Positions 56,102 through 64,000 of a DNA stretch of 64,000 nt are shown in pieces. This stretch comes from a virus (taxonomy: Duplodnaviria; Caudoviricetes). Location of the stretch: positions 64,001 through 128,000 of the IMG/VR virus record IMGVR_UViG_3300050336_000035. One strand, written 5' to 3'. The notes beneath the pieces are model-generated. The model had not been told where the DNA came from. It saw only the letters and a program-made list of their open reading frames with translations, and made no database searches. The position numbers and the translations under genes are program-made. The first letter of the stretch is position 1; every line of letters starts with the position of its first letter.

Positions 56102-56965
56102 ATGGAATATATTAAGAGTCCAATGAATTATATTGGAGGTAAATTTAAATTACTACCACAATTATTTGATAGGTTTCCGAAAAGTATTAATACATTATAT
56201 GATGTTTTCGGTGGCGGTGCAAATATCAGTCTCAATACTAAAGCTAGACATATTTATTACAATGATATTGTTAATTATGTAAGTGATATGTTTAGTGCCT
56301 TACAAGATAATACTTTAACTACGGCATTAAATAAAATACATAATGTGATAAATACATACCAATTATCAAAAACAAATTTAGATGGATTTCTAAGGTTAAG
56401 AGATGATTATAATAGAGGAAATAAATCATGGGAAATGTTTTACATGTTAGTGTGTCACTCCTTCAATTATCAGTTCAGATTTAATAATAATCATGAATAT
56501 AATAGTAGCTTTGGTAAAGATAGAAGTTATTATTCAACAGTTACTGAAGAAAAATTTATCACATTTTTAAATAGATTACATAGTTTAGATATTATTTTTG
56601 ATAGTAAAGATTTTAGAAAAATAAATTTTTCTAATGCTAATAAAAACGATTTAGTTTATTTTGACCCTCCGTATCTTATTACGACAGGGAACTATAATGA
56701 TGGTAAACGTGGTTTTAAAGGTTGGAATGAACAAGATGAAAAAGACTTATTAGAACTGTGTGACTCATTAAATAATCAAGGCACAAGGTTTGCTTTAAGT
56801 AATGTATTTGAGTGTAAAGGAAAGTCAAATGATATATTAAAAAAGTGGTCAAATAATTATAATCTAGCATATATACATTCTAATTACGGTAATTGCAATT
56901 ATCAAGCAAAAGATAAAAGCAAGGACAGTACTATTGAAGTGCTAATAACTAATTATAAATATTAA
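56102..56965 (+). CDS. Dam-family (D12 class) DNA adenine methyltransferase
   Basis: SPMNY.GGK, D.FGGG, YFDPPY, E.LITNY. Confidence 0.92.
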   Translation: MEYIKSPMNYIGGKFKLLPQLFDRFPKSINTLYDVFGGGANISLNTKARHIYYNDIVNYVSDMFSALQDNTLTTALNKIHNVINTYQLSKTNLDGFLRLRDDYNRGNKSWEMFYMLVCHSFNYQFRFNNNHEYNSSFGKDRSYYSTVTEEKFITFLNRLHSLDIIFDSKDFRKINFSNANKNDLVYFDPPYLITTGNYNDGKRGFKGWNEQDEKDLLELCDSLNNQGTRFALSNVFECKGKSNDILKKWSNNYNLAYIHSNYGNCNYQAKDKSKDSTIEVLITNYKY

Positions 56966-57003
56966 AATAAAAAATCTATTTTATAAAGAAAGGAATTTTA
57001 AGA

Positions 57004-57249
57004 ATGAAAATTGATATTAAAGGAAATGGAAATACAAAACAATTAATTAACATGCTTGCGTGGATTGAATTACTAGGTAATGTAGGACATAGTGCTGATT
57101 TTAAAGTGTTTGCCGATGGAGATGGCTCTACTAGATGGAAATTTAAGTTTGAAAATGAAGAACAACAGAAAGAATTTGATGCTTTAAGAAAAGATTTGTG
57201 TAAAGAATATATAAACACTAACATAGATATAGAACATTTTTCAATATAA
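57004..57249 (+). CDS. Hypothetical protein, paralog of 12631..12876
   Basis: Near-identical 81 aa; single-gene cassette between sites 56967 and 57255. Confidence 0.8.
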   Translation: MKIDIKGNGNTKQLINMLAWIELLGNVGHSADFKVFADGDGSTRWKFKFENEEQQKEFDALRKDLCKEYINTNIDIEHFSI

Positions 57250-58652
57250 GGAAGACAAGTACTGTATTTTGTCATAAACGAGGTGATTAAATGAACCAAA
57301 ATTTTAACTTTGTATTTTGTAAGCATCATGGAGATTTTGAATATTGCTACAAACAATGTAAAAAGGATTGTCCTTCTGTAAGTAATTTATGGCATAAATT
57401 TATAAGAAATCCTATAGTAAATTTAATTACGGCAATAAGATACAAATTTCAGAAATGTAACCAATTACCTACACAATGTAGTTTTCTTTATAAGAATAAA
57501 TATTGTTTGTTTCAAGATAGAAATTGTTATTCAAACAGAACTAAAAAGTGATTAAAAGACTCATTCTATTATAAGTAGAAAGGAAATTAATAATGGAATT
57601 TTATAAAATATATTGTACTTGTTTTACTACATTCTTTTTAATTGCAATGTTATTAAACATTCCAATAGAAGTAAAACAAATAAATCCAAAGCGTGGTGCA
57701 TTTTTTATGAAGAAATAATTAACACAAAAAGCTTGTTTTATTGTAAAGGAGTTACTAAATGAAATACATAATATTTTTCAACACTAATCCTTATATGGAT
57801 ATACACAGTTTGGAATGGAATTAAAATTGGAATATATAGTGGAAGTTTTAATTTTGAGATTGAAGCATATCCAATAAAAAGATTTTTTAAGAAGAAATAA
57901 TATAATATATAGCCGTATCCTAGCCCTCAAATATATATCAAATGTACAAATGGTGGTTAGAAAATCTGTGAGAGCTAGGAACACTTCATATTTTGAACGA
58001 AAGGTAGGAAATTATACATATGCAAACATATAAAATGAATTGTATTCGCTGTAATAAAGAAATGAGTTATATTCCAGATTCTGTGCTTGAAGCTAGAGGA
58101 TATGTAGTTATGTATTGTGAAAATTGTAAACAGGAATTTTTAGTACCAGATAGCAATGAAGATTTACATATAATAAATGAGTGAAGAACAAGAAAGGAAA
58201 TTATTTTATGGAATATATTAAAAGATTAACCGAGCAGCAACAAAAAGTTTTTGATGTAATGTTACATATGGCAAGAGTAAGACAGAGTTATTTATTATCT
58301 TCAGAAGATAGGGGTATAGGTAAATCAATTACTCTTAATGAATTAGCCTTTACATTACAGACTATAGGGTATGATGTGTATTTATTAAATCCTCATCCTG
58401 TTAAAGATTACTATGTTAATAATATAATTGCTCTTGATAGCAAATCTTATGAGGGACTATTTAGGGAAAATTCTGTTGTTATAGCAGATGAATCAAGATA
58501 CGAAATGATGGATGATATTTTAGAGTATTGTAAATACAAAAAAGTACCTATTGTTGGATATGTCAATTTTGAAACTAGCCTATAGCAAGGGTTTTAAGAC
58601 TCAAAAAGTGAATGAAAAACACATTTTATTGTTAATATAAATTTAAAAGGAT

Positions 58653-59456
58653 GTGATTACTATATCAAAAATTGTAAATGACAAATATTACACATCACCA
58701 GAATTAGCAGAATACATAGTTAATAAAACTAAAAAAATTATAGGTGAAGAAAAAATTACTGAATATATAGAACCATCAGCAGGTGGAGGAGCATTTCTTG
58801 ATTATCTTGATAAATCATTTTTAGCATATGATATTGAACCTGAAGATAATAGAATTCTTAAACAAGACTTTCTTAGCTTGGACTTAGATTATAAAAAAGG
58901 TAGATGTATTATTGGAAATCCACCTTATGGAGAATTTAATCTTTTGTCTGAAAAGTTTTTTAAAAAATCTATAAAAATTTGTGATTATATTTCATTTATT
59001 CAACCTATTAGTCAATATAAAAATAATATAAAGCTATATGAATTTGACTTAATATATAGTGAAGATTTAGGAAAACAAATATATACTGATAGGGAAATTC
59101 ATTGTTGTTTAAATATTTATAGAAGACCTATAAATGGAGAAGTAAATAAAAAACAAAACTATAAATTAAAAGATGTATCAATCACGAGATTAGATAGAGG
59201 AAGTAAAACAATTATTAATGAATATGATATTAATATTTGTTCTTATGGTGCATCAATAGGAAAAATACCTAAATTTATAGGACAATACAGTCAAGAACTT
59301 TATATAAAAATATGTAATGAAAAATATAGAAACCAAATAATAAATTTAATTATTAATACTAATTGGAAACAAATAATTGATATGACTGCAACACCAAAAC
59401 TTCAAATATGGAGAGTATATAAATACATAAAAGAACAAATTCCAGAAATTCAATAA
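58653..59456 (+). CDS. Amino-DNA methyltransferase, paralog of 14497..15312
   Basis: EPSAG.G.F and IGNPPY motifs. Confidence 0.85.
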   Translation: MITISKIVNDKYYTSPELAEYIVNKTKKIIGEEKITEYIEPSAGGGAFLDYLDKSFLAYDIEPEDNRILKQDFLSLDLDYKKGRCIIGNPPYGEFNLLSEKFFKKSIKICDYISFIQPISQYKNNIKLYEFDLIYSEDLGKQIYTDREIHCCLNIYRRPINGEVNKKQNYKLKDVSITRLDRGSKTIINEYDINICSYGASIGKIPKFIGQYSQELYIKICNEKYRNQIINLIINTNWKQIIDMTATPKLQIWRVYKYIKEQIPEIQ

Positions 59457-59593
59457 ATTGTAACAGTATTGTAATATGCAATTCAAAGTAAATAAAAGTA
59501 TGAGTGAGTATATGGAAGTTGTAAGTTACTAAAAACATGATAAAATCAGGATTTGGTTGTAAAAATAAAATTTAATTTATAGGAGGATAAAAT

Positions 59594-60175
59594 ATGACTT
59601 GTATCGTTGGATTAATTGAAAATGGTGTTACATATATCGGTGGAGATAGTTGTGGAAGTAATGGTTATTCAAAAGTTACTAGAGTAGATAAAAAAGTTTT
59701 TAAATTAAAAGATACGCCTAATGCAATATTAGGATATACTAGTTCTTTTAGAATGGGTCAATTACTTATGTATGCTACAGGACTTATAGATAAGAGAGAT
59801 GAACCAAATATTGACCATGAATATCTAGTAACTAAATTTATACCAAACGTTACAAAATTATTTAGTGATGGTGGATATCTTAAAACAGATAGTGGTGAAA
59901 AAGAAGGTGGATGTTTCTTATTAAGTTATAAAGATAAATTATATAAAATTGAATCTGATTTTCAAGTAGGAATTTCTATAGATAATTATGATGCTTGTGG
60001 GTGTGGAGAAGATTATGCTTTAGGTTCTTTAAATACAACTGAAAATTCAAACTTATCACCAGTAGAAAGAATACATTTAGCTTTACAGGCAGCAAGTAAA
60101 TTTAGTGTAGGAGTTTCAGCGCCTTTTTACATAATTAATACACAAAATGATGATGTAGTAGAATTTAAAGATTAA
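59594..60175 (+). CDS. HslV/proteasome-like Ntn hydrolase
   Basis: N-terminal (M)TCIVG nucleophile Thr, GGDS, KVF, A.G.G...ALG.L. Confidence 0.75.
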   Translation: MTCIVGLIENGVTYIGGDSCGSNGYSKVTRVDKKVFKLKDTPNAILGYTSSFRMGQLLMYATGLIDKRDEPNIDHEYLVTKFIPNVTKLFSDGGYLKTDSGEKEGGCFLLSYKDKLYKIESDFQVGISIDNYDACGCGEDYALGSLNTTENSNLSPVERIHLALQAASKFSVGVSAPFYIINTQNDDVVEFKD

Positions 60176-60434
60176 TAGAGGTGATTATCATTAAAGATTT
60201 AGATTTTGATTACATAAAGAAAATGTTCTGTAAGTACAATTGTAATGTAAATAAAGAAATATTCGATACAACAGTATATGTTCAAGAAATTCAATGTCCT
60301 AAATGTTATGAATTTTTTAGTAGTTGGCATGATGTAGAAGTTGACTTAGAAGACAATAAACCATGTCAACTATGTCAAATAGATAACTTTATTAAAGAAT
60401 TACAAAATAATCTATAGAAAGGATATTAATATAA

Positions 60435-61082
60435 ATGAATATTGAAAATACACAAGTTTTTGGTTTTGAACCTGCTTTACGAGCTATGAGGAATCCTATG
60501 GATAGTTGGAATAAAAGCGATAGCTATTGTACTGATTATAGTTTTAAACTTCCCAATGATAAGAATTCTAATATCGAACATTTTACACTTGGTAAAAATG
60601 ATATGTTTTTATCTCAAAAACTATCTAAATCTGGTGGAGAGCATAGAAAACATTTAAGGCTTATCAGTGTTTGGTGTGATATCACTCTCCCTAGATTTAT
60701 TTGGCAAGAACTAGACACTTATAAACACAAAGAAAATGTAAGTTGTTCAACCATGCATAAACTTATGAGTTATCCAATAACTGAGGAAATGTTTGAACTA
60801 GGAGAAGATTATATTCCTGATTCAGTAATAAATTCTTTAAATGAGTTAGTTCAAAAATATAAAAACACAAATATAAATGAGGAAAAGAAAAATTATAAGT
60901 ATTGGGCAAAAACAATTTTACCAGAATCTTTCTTGCAGAAACGTACTATGTCGATTAACTATGAAACATTATTAAATATTTATAATCAACGCAAAAACCA
61001 CGAATTACCACAATGGAATACAATATGTAATTGGATATTGAAATTACCTTATTTTACTGAACTTACGGGGGTTAGTCAATGA
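60435..61082 (+). CDS. ThyX-like (flavin-dependent thymidylate synthase-related) phage protein
   Basis: H.K.LR, PR..W.E.DTY, S.STMH, LPE...Q.R...NY..L.NIY.QR..H.L..W; canonical RHR motif not conserved. Confidence 0.6.
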   Translation: MNIENTQVFGFEPALRAMRNPMDSWNKSDSYCTDYSFKLPNDKNSNIEHFTLGKNDMFLSQKLSKSGGEHRKHLRLISVWCDITLPRFIWQELDTYKHKENVSCSTMHKLMSYPITEEMFELGEDYIPDSVINSLNELVQKYKNTNINEEKKNYKYWAKTILPESFLQKRTMSINYETLLNIYNQRKNHELPQWNTICNWILKLPYFTELTGVSQ

Positions 61083-61309
61083 TAGGATGGATAGCTGCAC
61101 TACTTTGTATAATTGGTAATCTATTAGTAGTTAAAAAGAAGAATGGATTCTTAGTATGGTTTGTTGGAACAGGAGTACTTTTAATATTAGCATTGGTACA
61201 TCAAAATTGGTCACAGGTATTTTTGTTTTTTATCTATGAAGTAATCAATATTTTCGGCTACATAGAATGGTCAAATTCAAAGAATAAGAATAGGAGGAAT
61301 TTAAAGTGA
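61079..61309 (+). CDS. Small 3-TM PnuC-like membrane protein
   Basis: Three hydrophobic helices; GF..W and terminal G...W. Confidence 0.5.
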   Translation: MIGWIAALLCIIGNLLVVKKKNGFLVWFVGTGVLLILALVHQNWSQVFLFFIYEVINIFGYIEWSNSKNKNRRNLK

Positions 61310-61839
61310 AAACTGTGTTTTTAGTAGTTGGTGAGAGCGCAAGTGGTAAAGATTCCGTGGTAAATTTATTAGAACAAGAAGGATATAAAGTCCTAAAAAG
61401 CTACACTACAAGACCAAGACGTACAAATGAAGGAAATACACATAAATTTATTACACCTTCAGAAGTAGAACAATTTAAAGATGATATGATAGCTTATACA
61501 AAAATAGGTAGCTATGAATATTTTTCTACAATACAGCAACTTAAAGAATCTGATATTTATGTTATTGACCCTAAAGGCATAGAATATCTTAAATCAAAAA
61601 TTACTGATATAAATATAATTGTTATATATATTAATGTACCTATTGATGAAAGAATACATAGGGCTAGAGATATTCGTAAAGATAATCCACAAGAAATTTT
61701 AAATAGATTTAATGCCGAAAAGAAACAATTTGATAAATTCAAACTTCATGCAAATTATGATTATAGTGTATCAAACGTTGATTTAAATAAAGCATATAAA
61801 ATTGTAAAAAATATTATTCAGATAGAAGGTGATAATTAA
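61306..61839 (+). CDS. Guanylate kinase-like nucleotide kinase
   Basis: GESASGKD, SYTTRPRR.E, Y.IDP.G. Confidence 0.85.
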   Translation: MKTVFLVVGESASGKDSVVNLLEQEGYKVLKSYTTRPRRTNEGNTHKFITPSEVEQFKDDMIAYTKIGSYEYFSTIQQLKESDIYVIDPKGIEYLKSKITDINIIVIYINVPIDERIHRARDIRKDNPQEILNRFNAEKKQFDKFKLHANYDYSVSNVDLNKAYKIVKNIIQIEGDN

Positions 61840-62255
61840 TGTACTTTTATACGGCTAGTGCTTTAACATATTATCAAAAAACTAACCAATTCAATAAGGC
61901 TACAGAATGGAGAAACATATTTACAAAATGGTGTAATGAAAATAATCATAAATTATTTAATCCAGCCAAAACATTTGCTATTGAACAAAATCATACATAT
62001 AAAGAACGCAATTGTGTTGACCAAAATAAATACTACTTAGATAAAGCTAATATTTTAATTGTTAATCTTGATGATATTATGGAAAGTGCTGGAACTCAAT
62101 GGGAACTATGTTATGCCTCAATGATTAGAAGAATTCCTATTATTGCCTTTGGCAAATCTTCTTGGAGTCCTCATATTAATTATGGCATATCACATCAATG
62201 TAAAGATATTTATGAAGTTATAGAATTATTAGATTTGATGTATTGTCAAGAATAG
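61839..62255 (+). CDS. Nucleoside 2-deoxyribosyltransferase-like protein
   Basis: WR......NP, SAGT.WE..YA....P. Confidence 0.6.
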   Translation: MYFYTASALTYYQKTNQFNKATEWRNIFTKWCNENNHKLFNPAKTFAIEQNHTYKERNCVDQNKYYLDKANILIVNLDDIMESAGTQWELCYASMIRRIPIIAFGKSSWSPHINYGISHQCKDIYEVIELLDLMYCQE

Positions 62256-62654
62256 GAGGACTATTACTTTGAACCAAATGATTGATGAATTATCAAGAAT
62301 TATTCTTGACCATTTATATGAGTATAAGAAAAGAGAAAGGAAGAATTAATTATGGTGTTTTGGTTAATAGTATTTTTTATGTGTGGTATGATATTTGGTG
62401 CTGGTCTTATGGCTATTTTTAATTCTGGAAAAACTAGTGATTTATATAATGAAATTGATGCATTAGTAAAACATAATGAAGAATTAGCTACTGAAAACGA
62501 AATTCTTTGTAAAAAAAATAAAAATAATAATAATTCATACCCAACATATAGTTATAAAATTTAATTAGCATTACTATATATATATAGTATATAAAATATA
62601 ACCCCATAAACATAGATTTCATTGTGAAGGAGTATAGGAGTATAGGAGAATATC

Positions 62655-63629
62655 TTATACTCCTTTTTCACTTTCTCTTCTTAAATGCTCTGCAAAAAAA
62701 GCTTTTGGATATTTAACTTCATGAGCATCCCACTTACCATCCATTAACGCTAAGTAAGTTGACTCTAACGCATATTTAGAATATATACTTACATCATTCC
62801 AATCAACATCTGCCTGAGTAAAAAATAAACGATATTTAAATGATAAAATTGATTTAATAGCTGTAAATAAATCATTTTCACTCATATTTTTAACTGCCTG
62901 TACCTCTGGTGGTAAATCAGATTCATCTACAATTTCTTTTTTCATTTTAATTTTAAAAACAATAGAAGTATATTTTCTACCAGATTTTTTAGGAGTATAA
63001 CTAACCTCAATATCATTTAATTCATTAATTTCTTGAATGGATGGTAAAAGAATATATTTCTCAAAATCATTAAAACGAGAATATTTATCACCTAAAATAA
63101 ACATTTCTCTTAATGTATCAACATTTACATTATAAAACCCTATTAGTTCATATGATTTTAGAATTTCATATATACGAATAGAATATTTAGACTTTAATTT
63201 TAAAAGTAAAGGAAGATTAAATTTTTTATATTCACCAACTAAGTCAACTATATATGGAAAAATATCTTCGTTATAGGTTAGTCTTATAATGCCATTATTA
63301 TATCTGACAGAATCAATCCATCCAGTAATATATCCTTCTTCAAGTTCTCCCGTTTTATCATTAAACTTAGCTGTGACAATTGAACGTTCTCTTAATTTTT
63401 GCAGTACATCAACTAAATGTTGGTAATTAAAGTGTTCAAGTTCTAGTAATTTTTTATAATCAGAGACAGGTATTTCTACAGTCCTATTATGAGTATCCTC
63501 AACATAAACTATACCTATATGGATAACTCTATATTCAACTACAGATAAATCATATTTTGCCCTAATGAGAATATTAGACTTATTAATAGACAGTTGATTC
63601 TTATCAATCTCAATGATATCTTGAACCAT
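62655..63629 (-). CDS. Plasmid replication initiator, Rep_3/RepB family
   Basis: KSN.LI.A.Y.LS..E, LKSKYSIRIYE.LK, F.K.IL.P.I.EIN, K.GRK...I.F. Confidence 0.9.
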   Translation of the reverse strand: MVQDIIEIDKNQLSINKSNILIRAKYDLSVVEYRVIHIGIVYVEDTHNRTVEIPVSDYKKLLELEHFNYQHLVDVLQKLRERSIVTAKFNDKTGELEEGYITGWIDSVRYNNGIIRLTYNEDIFPYIVDLVGEYKKFNLPLLLKLKSKYSIRIYEILKSYELIGFYNVNVDTLREMFILGDKYSRFNDFEKYILLPSIQEINELNDIEVSYTPKKSGRKYTSIVFKIKMKKEIVDESDLPPEVQAVKNMSENDLFTAIKSILSFKYRLFFTQADVDWNDVSIYSKYALESTYLALMDGKWDAHEVKYPKAFFAEHLRRESEKGV

Positions 63630-63838
63630 ATTAATTTAACCTCATTTCATTTTTGTAAAATTTACCTGTGGATATATTATCACTTTCCATACGAAAAATC
63701 AACAATTATTTTCGATATATTTTATTCTTTTTCATAATTCTTTATAATAATTCAAAATCTTTAATATTTAAAATCTTTAAAACTTTAAATCTTTTAAGAA
63801 AATCTTGTAACCTTTATATTTAGCACAATACGGTATAT

Positions 63839-64000
63839 TAACTACGAGTAATTTTATGCTTTGTACAAGAAATTTTATTTGTAATACATGATAATTTTAT
63901 GCGAAAAACGAGATTTATTATTTGTAGTAAGAACTATTTTATTTAAACTACAAGAAAATTTACTTCAAGTACATGTATTTTTACTTTAACTACAAGAAAA
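63839..64000. repeat. Iteron array (about 8 degenerate ~21-bp direct repeats), putative origin
   Basis: TACAAGAAAWTTTA-like units start at 63843, 63864, 63885, 63907, 63928, 63949, 63970, 63991; adjacent AT-rich AAATCTTT repeats at ~63754-63806. Confidence 0.75.

Larger units (their letters stand above)
642..59557. repeat. Dispersed 18-bp palindromic junction site AT(G/A)AA(A/T)-N6-(T/A)TT(T/C)AT, about 60 copies
   Basis: Examples: 3274 ATAAAA-CATCCA-TTTTAT, 3922 ATAAAA-AGTTGA-TTTCAT, 6529 ATGAAA-GACATA-TTTCAT, 13591 ATGAAA-TTCCAT-TTTCAT, 26397 ATGAAA-TGAATA-TTTTAT, 40282 ATGAAA-TGCCGT-TTTTAT, 48722 ATGAAA-TTGGAC-TTTCAT, 58612 ATGAAA-AACACA-TTTTAT. Copies lie at or just after a stop codon and before the next SD. 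Confidence 0.85.

Noticed and set aside
642-59557. Junction palindromes as intrinsic terminators or classical attC sites
   Set aside because: Arms are AT-only and mismatched with no consistent U-tract, and there is no GTTRRRY core or long attC stem. An operator role is not fully excluded.

Overview
This window is an AT-rich segment of a large temperate Firmicutes (probably clostridial) phage, or phage-plasmid. Almost all genes are on the + strand. Core blocks are: NAD-dependent DNA ligase; an SPbeta-like replication module (putative SSB, AAA ATPase, DnaB helicase, primase, PD-(D/E)xK nuclease, DnaE, RecD2); a nucleotide-metabolism block (NrdD with a fused glutaredoxin domain, NrdG, ferredoxin:thioredoxin reductase-like protein, dUTPase, ThyX-like, Gmk-like); and a Rep_3 initiator with 21-bp iterons. 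Between these lie long arrays of small accessory genes. The main finding has two parts. (1) About 60 accessory-gene junctions carry the same degenerate 18-bp palindrome, AT(G/A)AA(A/T)-N6-(T/A)TT(T/C)AT, with a variable 6-bp spacer. I saw none in intergenic gaps of the core blocks. This suggests an integron-like or dif-module-like cassette system. (2) Two such cassettes each encode an intact-RuvC TnpB/Cas12f-like nuclease plus a conserved Zn-ribbon partner and no transposase. Each has two outward-facing, covarying ~80-nt RNA scaffolds that end exactly in the palindromic site, so the variable spacer and flank would form the guide. A tRNA cluster also contains a circularly permuted (YrlA Y-RNA-like) tRNA mimic and an expanded tRNA-Leu-like RNA. 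All calls were made by eye; no searches were run.
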